Below are positions 1 to 12,498 of a stretch of 38,363 nt of DNA, one piece after another; position 1 is the stretch's first letter, and every line of letters begins with the position of its first letter. The DNA comes from Octopus bimaculoides (lineage: Eukaryota). The DNA lies in NCBI RefSeq assembly GCF_001194135.2, contig NC_068981.1, forward strand, positions 59,229,228-59,267,590. The letters run 5' to 3'. The notes under the pieces were generated by a model that saw only the letters and a list, made by a program, of their open reading frames with translations, was not told the DNA's origin and did not search any database. Made by a program: the position numbers and the translations under genes.

Positions 1-25
1 ACGTTATAAAAATAAAACTACTGAA
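1..25 (+). mobile_element. Last ~25 bp of the 3' UTR of an R4/Dong-like LINE (UTR type i), running into its trinucleotide tail
   Basis: ACGTTATAAAAATAAAACTACTGAA is the exact reverse complement of 12494-12518, which is the 3' UTR end of the minus-strand element at 12467-12718. Confidence 0.85.
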
Positions 26-41
26 CAACAACAACAACAAC

Positions 42-104
<63 letters not shown>
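23..104 (+). repeat. (AAC)n(AAT)n compound microsatellite, the LINE 3' tail
   Basis: Directly visible; abuts the UTR end on the left and an RT fragment on the right. Confidence 0.95.
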
Positions 105-105
<1 letters not shown>

Positions 106-911
106 TCTGAGGTCATCCATGAATGACAAGTGGATGACTTTTTGTTGGCGGCTCGTGAATACATAGCTAGTCTTTGCTTTCCTCAGAATCAGTGTTAGTG
201 ATATCATGCATAGTACAAAGATCAGTGGGGACAGGTAGTCCCCTTTGAAGATGCCTCTCCCGATTTCTATTGTCCCTAAACTAATCCCATATACTGTCAC
301 TTCCGTCCTCTACTTCACCATACTCTTTCTAAGCAATCTCTCAACATTTCGATGCAATACCAAATAGGTTCATACATTCCATAATCCAAGAATGTGAGAT
401 CATATCGTATGCCTTTCGATAATCGATCCATGACATGAATAAGTTAGTTCTCATCCTCTTGTACAGTTTTGTACAGCCTTATTCACCAGGAATTGATCCT
501 TGCTACTTCTGTACTTACGCTTGCAACCCTTCTGCTCATGTGGCAGGACTCCATTTTTTAGATGTCCGTACATTGACTCTGTGACTATTCCAGTCAATAA
601 TTTCCACGTAAGTGGCAAGCAGGATATCGGCCTGTAATTGTTTACCGTATTGCCTTGTTCTATGCTTTTCAAGCAGAGCACTGTCCTACCCATTGTCAAC
701 CACTCTGGTGTTACATGGTTGGCATTTAGCAAGGTGTTGAGTTGTGCAGCTATTTGTGCATGACATTCACCAAATCTCTTGATCCAGTAGCCTTGAACTC
801 TATCTGGTCCCGGGGCCTTTCAGTTGCCCATTTTTTGCTGATTTCCTTCAGTTCCGTAATTGAAATGACTAGTTCTGCCGGTTTTGAACAGATTACTGTT
901 TGCTTGAGTTC
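105..911 (-). mobile_element. Decayed R4/Dong-clade reverse transcriptase, N-terminal half (inverted 5' segment)
   Basis: Minus-strand translation with frameshifts gives NYRPISCLPLTWKLLTG, EQKGCKRKYRSSKDQ, SWIDYRKAYDMISHSWI, GIFKGDYLSPLIFVL and HLSFMDDLR. Confidence 0.92.
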
Positions 912-1150
912 TTTATGATAAAGATGAATCCAAAGTCAGTTCCCTCGTTGATACAGTGTATACTTTCAGTGCTGATATCAGAATGGAGTTCAGACTGAAA
1001 AAGTGTGATGTGTTAGTCTTGAAGAGAGGCAAAATCAAATGTATGTACGGGCTGGCGATATCGTCGGGAGAGCTTATGAAGCAGAAAGAAGAGACGGGCT
1101 ATAAATACTTGAGGATACTGGAAATGGATAGATTGATGAAGAAAAAATGA
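911..1150 (+). mobile_element. Continuation of the same RT immediately after the FMDD motif, in the opposite orientation
   Basis: LYDKDESKVSSLVDTVYTFSADIRMEFRLKKCDVLVLKRGK...GYKYLRILEMD; highly similar to the collinear copy at 31115-31330. Confidence 0.9.
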
Positions 1151-1169
1151 CAGAAAAAAAATAACAATG

Positions 1170-1497
1170 ACGACGATGTCATTATTGTTATTATGTGATG
1201 AAAACTCACAGTTTATTTTGCTGGATATGATGGAAAGTGTCAGCTGTCCACAGCCAGCGGACTAAGGTGACTCTTGTTTACTAGTCATGCTTCAAGAACC
1301 CTACGAAGAATTCTTGCAGTTCCAAGCAATGCTGACGTTTTTTAAGTGTTCTACTTTCACAACTGCACCAAATTTTTTCAGACATGTTGGTAGTTGAGTG
1401 CTGATACTTCTAAGTGCACCAGTTACTATTGGTATCACGTCTACTCTCCTCATTGACCATAATCATCGTATTTTCCACTTCAAATCTTCATATGAAG
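1170..1497 (-). mobile_element. 3' end of an R4/Dong-like LINE: RLE C-terminus, short UTR type ii and degenerate AAT tail
   Basis: Minus strand reads YEDLKWKIR*LWSMRRVDVIPIVTGALRS...(frameshift)SALLGTARILRRVLEA*, then ~90 bp of UTR and an AAT-rich tail at 1170-1200. Confidence 0.85.
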
Positions 1498-3123
1498 CAG
1501 AAAGAAGAAAATATCCTACTGTAGAATAACATGTGGTAGCCAGATAACAAGAATAAGTGTTTTTTTAAATGCATGTTCTTGTGCTACTGCTCGATTTTGT
1601 AACTACGTGTATGTCAACGATTTTTGAAGATGTCCTGAAAGTTTTAATCTGCCATTGAATCCTTACCAGTTACCCACAAAATAAGCTTAGAGGAACCAAT
1701 TCCTTGTTTCTGAGATTGTAGAGAAATATGATGTGTTTCAGTCTTACTAATCGTTATTGGTTTTGTTTACTCGGGTTATGACCTGGTTGGTACGTGATGT
1801 TATCAAGAAGAGTCCAGCATCATCAACTCGTCTTCGCTTCAGACGTTGTGTATCTATGACATCATTATGCTGTGTGTAACGCAAATTTTAAGACAGTTGG
1901 TGTAATTTGAGGAGATTAGGTTGTAGTTTTTAGCAGATTGAGCATTCTTGTAGAAGTGCCGGATCAGTGAGCAATAAATCATTAATTTCAGAATTGCACT
2001 GGTGTAGCAGAAGTATCTGATAGGAATTTACCATTAATCTTGTACAATGTTTTTAAAAGCTGTTAAAATGTCTAAGGTTGTTCATCTATACTTGAAGAGA
2101 TAAGAAGACATAGATAGAAAAGCCAAGGTGATTCACACTTATCTACAATAATCTTATATTATAAAGCTGGCTGTGCATTTATGTAGAAAAAAAGCATACT
2201 AGATTGCATGATAGGCAAATATTAGAAAGTGAACGAAATGCAAAATGCAAAATCACTGAGAGAAATAGATGAAAAATGATGGAGAAAATGAGAAACAGAA
2301 TATAAAAATGGCATAACATTGCAAGATCTCTGTCAATTTTAAGAACGGTAATACGGTTGAATATAATAGCGTTTAGAAACAACTGTAAATTGTTTTCCTG
2401 GAGACAATACTTATGACGCTCGTAGGCTATATCACACTAGTGAAATTAATACAGTTGATATGCAGTTTAAACATCTGCGTAATCTTATTTCACATTCTCC
2501 ATTCATTAAAAGTCTATGTAAATTATAATGTTATTGGTACTGTTTTATAGACATTCGACGGAAGGACGGGGCCTTACCAGACCTGGAAAATTATCAACCA
2601 TTTTAGAAATAGAATTATTTATTTCATCTGAGGACCACAACTAAGAACAGTAATATAGTCGATGAACTGGGCAAGAAATTAACTGCTTTCGGCAGTAAGG
2701 TTCCAGCTCGGGAAGTCAGGAGTTTTGGTAAGTCTGGAGTGACTCCGTAATCACCTTTACTCTCAGGGCTGCTCTGGCTCGGGTGGTAATACCTGTCAAG
2801 GGCCACAGTTATAGGTTAAATAGTAGAAGATGTGCGCCGTGGCTAAGACTTACAGAACGTAAGAGACAGTTGCTTGCTAGACACATGTCATCAGACACTC
2901 CGGTGTGTGGAGAAGTACTAAGGTCACGTGAACCAGTTCCCTTTCCTGAAAGTTAATGTGACCCTTTGCCTGAAGAGTAAGCTCCAGAAACAAGAGACTA
3001 GCAAAGTAAACTGTAAATAAATATACAGAATGGAACAGGACACCACTGCTATACCTCTCAAGACAAACCATGCATCTTCAAACTTTGGCATGGAGGTACA
3101 TACCTGTAGAAGAGGTATAGCAC

Positions 3124-3128
<5 letters not shown>

Positions 3129-3179
<51 letters not shown>

Positions 3180-3210
3180 GGGGGGAAAGAGAGAGAGAGA
3201 AAGAGAGAAA
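3129..3210. repeat. (GA)n microsatellite
   Basis: Directly visible. Confidence 0.95.
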
Positions 3211-4572
3211 AAGACTATAGCCTGTTGCTACTCAAATATTTGGTTCTTCAGCGTTTCATAAGTTGGCATTGGCAAGATCTGAACTCGAAGGGAAATAGGG
3301 AAAACTTTGTGTTTAACACTCTTGTGATTTTGGTAATAAGCCACCCTTCTTCAGCGAAAACACCGCTTGTAACTCACAATCAACACCACAAGGTTGCAGG
3401 ATGAGAGATATCGCAAAATAAATCGATTGCAGTAAATTGTTGGTACATGTTAACGCTGAGAGAAAAATGACAAATTTGACTCAGGCAGGATTCAAACTTT
3501 GAATGCAAGAGGTTATAAATAAATACTTTGCAACATTTTCTTTAGCAGTTTACCGTTTATATAAGGTTTCTATTTTAAAACATTGATAATTATCTTGAAA
3601 GAAAAGTACAAAAATACTCTTAGCAGTAGCGTATATAGACTGTCTATTTCTTGACTATTTATTAAATAAATGATATTCAAAGACATTCCTACAAGTAACC
3701 AAGACAATGACAAACATTTTAACCTCGGCATACGGTTATCTTTGTTACTTCAGCAGTGGATATGGTTTTCCTGGATATTGATTTCCTGAGATAAAGAGCC
3801 AAAACTGAAAAATGTGATATATAAATTCAGAAACCCGAGACATTGAACTGTTAAACACTCACGTAAAAAATGAAATGATTGTTTGACTACTGAGTTCCAG
3901 ATTTGCTGACAGAAATCAGAAATATGTGTGGTTTATTTATTTTACTGCATATTAAACTCTCTGAGAATCTTAAAATGATTTCTTATATAAATAAGATATG
4001 AAGTCTAGAAGGAGCAGTAAACTGTGCGACATAGGTTAATCGAGCGGAACAACGATTTAAATAAAAAAAATTGACAACAGCCAGAAATATCAGCTATGCC
4101 GCAGCAGTTGGCTTTACACTACGGTGCTTGTAGCCAAATGATATGTCAGGTTTCTTATATAGGCTTGAGAGAAACTTTGTAGAGGAATTGAATTATCGAT
4201 TGAGTCTAGTGGAAATTATTACTTGTATTAATTTTAACGTACTCAGAGATAAGACAACGTAGATTACCTTGTTGAAAATTCTGTTATGAATGCAGGCGAG
4301 AGAAACTTGAGAATTCATCATCCAACACAATGGTTAAAAAAAAATCAAAGTAAGGAAATTAACACTAATAGGTAAAATAAACACAATGCTACACTTTTTT
4401 CTAGAAGAATGTTTAGTAATTTAGATCAAGTCAATATTTGATGGGAAAGTACTTCATCGTTTGCGGCAGAACATAAGACAGGATGTGAAACTATAACAAA
4501 AAAGGACATAACTAATATCTGCAAGGTATTTTCTTTGCCTGACCTACTCTTAGTACTGATAATGGGACCAAC

Positions 4573-4781
4573 GGCGAGAGATGGCAGAATCGTTAGCACG
4601 CCGGGCAACATGCTTAGCGGCATTTCGTCCGTCTTTTCGTTCTGGTTCAAATTCCGCCGAGGTCGACTTGGCCTTTTGGGGTCGATAAAACAATTACCTG
4701 TTGACTACCGGGGTTAATGTAATTGACTTAAACCCCTCCCCTAAACTTGCTAGTTTTCAGTCAAAAATTGAAATCAATATT
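4573..4781 (+). mobile_element. tRNA-derived SINE, family 1
   Basis: A-box-like TGGCAGAATCGTTAG and B-box-like GGTTCAAATTCC; homologous to copies at 13290, 20055, 27247 and 28020. Confidence 0.88.
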
Positions 4782-6211
4782 AATAGTGTGATAAGATTAA
4801 TCCAAAATATTTAACTTTTTCTTTTCCATTTGTTCTTAAATATGTGAATGGTTTCTGCATATTTTGTTTTGGCCTGTTTAGCTTTTTAGCTTTACTGTCA
4901 ATAGAACAGGATGATGTATAGCCAAATATTTTTTAAAAAATGACAGTATATATCGCTTGTGTTCTTCAACTCACCTCACTAATCTGTATGTATATAAAAG
5001 GCAGGATATGTATATACGTGTGTGTGTGTACGTGAATGTAATTTATGCACGTCCACAAATTAGCACGCATGTCGCTCCAATTTTAGGAGGACATTCGTCA
5101 TGACTCTAGCTGTATTTTCGTCAACTTATTTTTCCCAGAGGCACCAGCAAATAGCGGTAAAAATAAATTTTCAACCAAAACTTTTAACAATTTTCAAGTC
5201 GGAGAAATGTGTTAGTGTATTTTAGTATTTTTAATCCCTAATAACTTTTTATTTTAGGTAGATTTTCTTTTTCGATATTTTCGTTATTATTTTAGTAATT
5301 ATAATACGCTTCTACCTCTGGGTAATAGACGCCATATTTATCACGTGACCTTTCAGTATAAATTCTATAGTATACCCATTTTGGTCTAATCTACAGTAAC
5401 TCGCCGGCAGATAAATCATGTTCTCTAATTTTAATTTTCTAAACAATATTGACATACGTCTTTTATTAACTTTATACACTAACACATTTTTTTTACTATT
5501 TTTTACTATTATTTACTTCTTCCATAATGATTTAACCTTGTTCACTATAATACTCTTTTTCAATATTTTTAGATTGTAACTCTTAATAACTATATTAATA
5601 CCATTAACGTAGGGATTAGTTTACAGGTTTTGTCTCTTTATATAATTTTTTTTTCTCATGTTTATGTTTATTCCTTGAATGATTTTAGGTATTTTTTTTA
5701 GGAATTTGACCTGAAGTGTGACTGATTTTGGGAGTAAAATCATTTCCCCGTTCTAATGAACTTGGATAGAATTTGCTTATGACTTTATATAGTCCTATTT
5801 CAGCCATGAATCGCGCGTAGTCTATGTACTAGTACTGACGTTTATACATGTATACTTTCACACATTATATTATTGTATTAATTTTTACTGTCCTATTTAT
5901 AATTTATTTGAGTTTTAAATTAATATTTTTATGATGTATGTTTCTTTATATGATTAAAACTATTAAAATTTCAGATTAAAATATTAGATAAATATTGATA
6001 TGGTATATGCCTCACAGCCTAGTTTTGGATGGGTTCTTAGTTGACTGAGTTGTACAGTAGTGGTTCGTCTCTAAATTAGTTATATACATATATATTATAT
6101 ACTACGAAACCCGGTGTAATATTATACCGAATTTTGCCTGTAAGGTTGGAATAAGTTTTTATTCCCTAATATTATTACTATCTATTACTAATATTATTAC
6201 TAATTTTATTC

Positions 6212-6247
<36 letters not shown>

Positions 6248-6506
6248 ACATACATACATACATACATATGTATACATGTGTGTGTATGTGTGGGAGCGTG
6301 TGTATGTGTGTATGCGTGTGAGAGAGAGAGTGTGTGTGTGTATGTGTGCGTGTGTGTATATTAGGCGATATATTGAATATTCTTTCCGATTTGGTGATAA
6401 AGTATCGATTTCATACATACATATACTCATCTACATTTCCCTTACACACATATATACATACACACACACACATATATATATATATGTATGTATGTGTATA
6501 TATTTA

Positions 6507-6538
<32 letters not shown>

Positions 6539-7006
6539 NNNNNNNNNNNNNNNNNNNNNNNNNNNNNNNNNNNNNNNNNNNNNNNNNNNNNNNNNNNNNN
6601 NNNNNNNNNNNNNNNNNNNNNNNNNNNNNNNNNNNNNNNNNNNNNNNNNNNNNNNNNNNNNNNNNNNNNNNNNNNNNNNNNNNNNNNNNNNNNNNNNNNN
6701 NNNNNNNNNNNNNNNNNNNNNNNNNNNNNNNNNNNNNNNNNNNNNNNNNNNNNNNNNNNNNNNNNNNNNNNNNNNNNNNNNNNNNNNNNNNNNNNNNNNN
6801 NNNNNNNNNNNNNNNNNNNNNNNNNNNNNNNNNNNNNNNNNNNNNNNNNNNNNNNNNNNNNNNNNNNNNNNNNNNNNNNNNNNNNNNNNNNNNNNNNNNN
6901 NNNNNNNNNNNNNNNNNNNNNNNNNNNNNNNNNNNNNNNNNNNNNNNNNNNNNNNNNNNNNNNNNNNNNNNNNNNNNNNNNNNNNNNNNNNNNNNNNNNN
7001 NNNNNN

Positions 7007-7066
<60 letters not shown>

Positions 7067-7150
7067 GTGTGCGTGCGTGCATGCGTTTGTGTATGTGCTT
7101 GTATGTGTGTGTGTGTATTCATGCATGTGTGTATGTTGGTGTATATGTGT
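6212..7150. repeat. Compound (TATC)/(TACA)/(TG)/(TA)n microsatellite block containing a 468-N gap (6539-7006)
   Basis: Directly visible. Confidence 0.95.
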
Positions 7151-7949
7151 GTACCCAAGCACACAGAGGTATTTATTCTTTCCATATTCTCTTAAATTCC
7201 GAAATTCTTTTGTATGTTTAGTGTTTACTCCCAGAATGAAGCAGCTGCACATTCGTAAGAACCTAAACAAATAAAGGCATGTACATTTCCCCCACACAAA
7301 GACACTTACACTCCAATGAATGAAATGCACAGAATAGTTACGATTTAAGTTATAGCCAAATCAATGAATTAAAGAAAAGAAAAAAACATGTCAAAGTGGA
7401 AAAGAAAACGATGGAAAGCCATAGGAAGAGCTACTTATAAGACTATATCAGCTTTTTCTAGTGTATTTAGCATTGAGAGTTCATTACACTGGACGATGTT
7501 CATTCAAAAGTACACTGATGGCAATAGTAGTTTGAATAATTTAGGCGCACGACGAGGAGGAGAGAAGGAAAAAAACAAATATAAATGAAAAATGATAAAA
7601 AGATGGACATGAATATAGGAGAGAATATGAATGAAAAATAGTATCTAAAATTATCTACAGAATGGTATAAAAGAAAGACACCTGATTTCGTTTGTCATTT
7701 ATAGGCTGTCCTTTTCCTCAGAGAATTCGCGTTCTTTTGCGCGACACCAGACTGAGCATCATACTTAACGTTAAAATAACTATTTCAGTATAATGTAAAA
7801 CATGACTGAGAGAAATTGTTCGTGAAAAAAAGACCAAAACAAGACAAAAAAAAACAAAAAAAAACAAAACGAAAAATGTTTTGAACAAACAAAAAATATA
7901 ATAAAAGAAGAAACTTAATCAAATGTGCGTTTATATATTCAACTACATC

Positions 7950-7990
<41 letters not shown>
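7950..7990. repeat. (TA)n microsatellite
   Basis: Directly visible. Confidence 0.95.
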
Positions 7991-7998
<8 letters not shown>

Positions 7999-9188
7999 CA
8001 GCGTACAGAACCTCTGGTTTTCTGGTAAAGTCAGAATACCAAGGTTTGTGGCTAAATTTTCTGTACTATACTTAACTGCCATTAGATTCATGAAGGAGAG
8101 CTGTTTAATGATAGGTGAAATGTAAAAAGTATCCATCGTGATAATAATTTTTAAAACGCTTTTATTAGTTTGTCTTCTTAGAGTAGACGTGCTTAGTCAC
8201 CATGATCTATATATTTTCACAGATAGGAATAAAAATTATTTGTTCACACTAGAATATGAGTTAATCTAGTGGAATAAGATTATTTGAGGTGTAAAAAATG
8301 TTAATAAAATATAGTGAATAAAGAATATCAGATACCGCATTTTTCTGGCTTACAAATTGAATTCCCCAGACCAAAATTTATAGCCAAAAATAGAAGAATT
8401 TAGAGGGCTCAGAGTTCCATGTGAAATAAGTAAGATTTGGAAAGATTGTGGTGAAGTTAGAATGCTTGCACTATACGTTTACACTACATAGTACGTCGAC
8501 TTGTATACTGGAAAATACGGTAGAACCTGTAAACACCAAAATAGATACAACGGAAGATATCTATTATTCGCTGATTCGTTTGCAAATTCTGGAATTATAA
8601 CTGATTATTCTTACCATTAATGATTTTGCGCAATCTTTAACCTCGGGTGAGTAGTAAAAGAAGAGTCCTTTGCTAAGTTAGAGAATATTGGAAAGCCAGT
8701 TAAGATTGACATGGTTAGTGTTTAAAGCTATGTGAGAGGAAAATTGGCAAGAAATACGTTGAAAAGCTTTGTAGTCTCAGAGATACGTCTTTGATAAACA
8801 TTGAAGTAGTAACTGTTGTAAAGAATAAGAGAAGTGATATAGGTAGAAAACTTAAAGAGGATCTTTGTAGTCACAATATAAGACATAAAATATTGGAAAA
8901 GGATAGAATAGGGATGTTTTCCCTGTCATGCAATAGTCTGTTTGGTTGGTTGTACTTCCTTCAAATTAACCCTGTTTATGATATTGATATATACAAACAA
9001 CGTTTGATTAGACGACCTATTGCATTGGGCCTTGAGTTCAAAATCATGTATGTTTCATTGATATTGTTGGTGTTGTTTAATCACAAGTAAATTCTAATTG
9101 GGCAGATCGTTAATTTAAGGAGCTTCAGTAGCGACTATTTCGTCATTTAATTTTTCAGATATAATGTATCTAGAATTGTATCGTCTAA

Positions 9189-9541
9189 TGTCTTTCCTTT
9201 TAAAGAACAATTACTGTGCGATTTGAGGACGTTTTGGATGCTATTTCTAGCATGACTCGGGAAAACTTATAGATACCGGAAACTGAGAATTTGTCGGAAA
9301 ATGTAGCTAAAGCTGATCACCGATTGATGGGTAGTTCTGAAGATAAATGGTTAAAACCATCTCGTCTATTGAACAGAGAAATGTTCAGGGTAAATAAATA
9401 TTTATCCAGTCTCAATTATAAATTCATTTGAAGACTGTCTTAACACACAACGTTTAGTCAGTCTACTTTTAGTAGTTTCAAACAATAATGATTAAGCAAC
9501 TTAAACATTAAATATCTGTGCTTCATATTTGACATTTCATA
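9189..9541 (+). repeat. Direct repeat, copy 1 (~350 bp)
   Basis: Aligns by eye with 10998-11297 (GTCTTTCCTTTTAAAGAACAA ... CTTCATATTTGACATTTCATA). Confidence 0.9.
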
Positions 9542-10387
9542 ATCATTGTTATATATCAATAAATGCTTATTTATATAACTTTGGGGCGGTGAGAGTAGAG
9601 AATGTGAGATATGTCAGTATTATTGCTTTTTCTCAAGATTATATGAGACGTATGTGAGAACAGTTCTAAAAGAAAATCAAAAGTTGCTGTGCAAAATGAA
9701 GTCGAATAATCATCGTATAACTGCGAATCTAGAATATAACAATTTATGTGAATGATTCAGATAGAAAAATATTGACATATTTTGAAACATCTTTTATTTC
9801 AATTTGGTTTTTCACGATATACCAACGCATTTATTTTTAAAGAGATTGAAAACCAACGAAAAATAAAAGTTACTTTCAAATGAAATTGGTTGGGTGCAAG
9901 TGGTTTGCAATGCAGTATTCTTTTGCGACACTGAGATCTGAGTTCAAATCGTCTTCGTTGTTTACACAGTATAGACATAGTCTAGTAATGGTGTTTATTT
10001 AATTGAACACCACTTCCTTTAAATTTATGAACATACGCCTCAATTAGAAATTGGTTTCTGAATAACTTTCAGGTTCTAAGAGATTTTCTACTATTGTGTC
10101 AATGGTGTTGACACAGTAGGTTAAAACCTAGAGGACTAATGAAGGGCAAGAACGAAAAGTTTTAAAGAATCAAGGTGTTCACGGAGTTTAACTTCATAGT
10201 TTATGCTGGAGAAGTTTCAACCTAGAGACTTTACCTTTTCATAGCAGTGGTACCAGTGAGTAACGGCCGCTTCGGATAAACTATACAAGTATAAAAATTC
10301 GTCAGCCGGTTATTGGGTATCACATATACATATAATTCAATTTTAGTAAACAGTATACATACATACATACGTACATACAAATTTACA

Positions 10388-10997
10388 TGATGGTAACATT
10401 GATCAGCAAAGCAGTCTATCATAGACCTACAACCGGGTTACTACCTCCCACTTTGAAGGGTATGCGTTTGCAATTCAGGAAAGGAAATATCAACTAAGTA
10501 CCTGATACACAAATGGGGCAACAATGCAGGAAACGTAGTAAAATGTGACAACAGATGCAGACTTTGAAGAGTTAACACCGAAGGTGTTGCCCACATCGTA
10601 AGCAGTTGTCCGAAAATATCATCACAACATTATCTACCGATGAGAGATGGTGTAGCTACGGCACTATGTAATGAAATCCGTCTGAAAGGTAACCTCGAGG
10701 ACAAAGAAATAACTCATAGTATGGTAGAAGCCATAGCCACTCATAATAAAAAGGAGTACTGGTGAAATGTCTGAGTGAAAACTTAAATAAAATGTAAATA
10801 CAATAGAACTGATATAATGATCTGGAATAGAGAAGAAAAACTGTCTACAGTTGTGGAAATCAGCTGCCCAGTGGATGTTAACATAAAGCTGAAAATCAAT
10901 GAAAAAGAGAATACCTACGCTGAACTAGAGAAATTTGCACTGATTTTATCCAGATTATAAGCTCATATTTATACTTATAACTGGGACACTGGGATAA
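10388..10997 (+). mobile_element. R4/Dong-like LINE C-terminal fragment: CCHC knuckle and RLE nuclease
   Basis: TSHFEGYAFAIQE, CDNRCRL*...AHIVSSC (decayed CCHC), YNRTDIMIWNREEKLSTVVEISCP (PD-(D/E) core), ...ITGTLG; several stops and frameshifts. Confidence 0.85.
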
Positions 10998-11297
10998 GTC
11001 TTTCCTTTTAAAGAACAACTACTGTGCTATTTCTAGGACGACTCAGAGAATTTGCCGGAAAATGTAGGTAAGACTGATCACCGATTGATGGGTAGTTCTG
11101 AAGACAAAAGGTTAAAACCACCTCGTCTATTGAACACAGAAATGTTCAGAGTAAATAAATATTTATCCAGTCTCATTTATAAATTCATATTGAAGACCGT
11201 CTTAACACAACGTTTAGTCTACTTTTAGTAGTTTCAAGCAATAATGATTAAACAACTTAAACATTAAATATATGTGCTTCATATTTGACATTTCATA
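10998..11297 (+). repeat. Direct repeat, copy 2 (two internal deletions relative to copy 1)
   Basis: Homologous to 9189-9541. Confidence 0.9.
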
Positions 11298-11456
11298 GTT
11301 ACCCTGGTACCTGTACCACTTATCATGGGATTTAATTTTGTAGTATTCACAAGTATTCCAGTGGATGTACTGTCCTGGTCTGTCATGTCTTATGAGGTAC
11401 TCCTTTTCAGCGAGGACTGGGAAGCCAGAAACACCAGGATCAATTGTCTCTGTGAA

Positions 11457-12466
11457 TTATTATTATTACATCCGCCTTAGCGAAGGTGGAGGCATTATAT
11501 TCAATCGTGTTTGTTTGTCCGTGGACAAGATATCTCAATAACCGCTGAAAAGATTCGGTTGAAACTTTCAGGGATGTGTGGCATCGTGACTGGAACGAAC
11601 GGATTAGATCTTGGGATCGATCCGGTACCGGACAAGGATTCTGGATTATTTGTTGTATTTACCTTACTTTGCATGAAGTATTATTATCTCTGATTATCTT
11701 CCTTGAAAGCACGCTCATGGTTTCTACGAAAATTATGGCAGCATTGCTGTTTCCAATGTTTTCTTTTCTTTTCTCTATTATTAATTTTTACTGACGTCAC
11801 TATCTTACTAGAAACTGCTGGATAAATAAATCAAACTTCATAAGCAAACGGCAGCAAAACCGTTAAGAAATTAAATAGCGTTAACATATTCAATAACAAT
11901 AATAAATTTAATTTATCTTCGACAATTTTTAGTTTTACCAATTTTGAATATATCGCTCCTGTTTAAAGTCTCTTACCTACTTGATAATTGCATTTCTAGC
12001 TCTACCCTGGAGGAAGCTTTACTTGGACTCACGTTTTGTGCGCAATGACGTTGCTAAACCTCCATTGACAGCACCGTATGCAGGCCCTTTCCGTTTTCTT
12101 TCACGAACGGATAAATTTTTCACTATAGACCTTAACGGTCGTAAAGACACTATATCAGTAGATAGACTAAAAAGGCCTTCATAGAGAAAACTGTCCCTGT
12201 TCCTACTGCAGACGACACACACACTGCATTACAAACACGGCCCGCACAAGCACCTTCACATTCCATGAATACCATTGGGATCGATCGAGATTACTTTTCC
12301 GGTTTTTTACTTAATTTTTGAGAGCGGTCGGGTTCACTTTTTATATTCTCGTTTGTGAGAGCAGTCGAGTTTATTTCAGATATTCTTATTTTAAAAATCA
12401 TCTCCAGTTAATCGTTGAGAGGACGTTGGTGTTGCGTTGGAGGAGGTTTGCACTATATGAGTGCTC

Positions 12467-12467
<1 letters not shown>
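11457..12467 (+). mobile_element. Helentron-type non-autonomous element (HINE/DINE-1-like architecture)
   Basis: 5' TTATTACATCCGCC with a hairpin TCCGCCTT-agcg-AAGGTGGA (11471-11490) and a GTTT/GTCC tract; 3' TTGGAGGAGG sub-terminal repeat (12437-12446), stem-loop GCACT-atatg-AGTGC (12450-12464) and T-rich end. Class assignment rests on recalled architecture. Confidence 0.62.
12019..12190 (+). mobile_element. Gypsy/Ty3 integrase C-terminal (GPY/F module) fragment
   Basis: FVRNDVAKPPLTAPYAGPFRFLSRTDKFFTIDLNGRKDTISVDRLK matches the typical Gypsy P-Y-x-G-P-F ... SIDRLKP pattern. Confidence 0.85.

Positions 12468-12498
<31 letters not shown>

Noticed and set aside
2690-2830. Degenerate copy of a recalled octopus dispersed repeat
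   Set aside because: There is no second copy in the window, so it rests on memory alone.
3430-3510. Possible very old minus-strand SINE family 1 remnant; a similar plus-strand trace lies at 15540-15710
   Set aside because: Too diverged to align confidently by eye.
6236-7330. Long ORFs (up to 332 aa) on both strands
   Set aside because: They consist of dinucleotide repeats and N-gap translation (YIYI, X runs).
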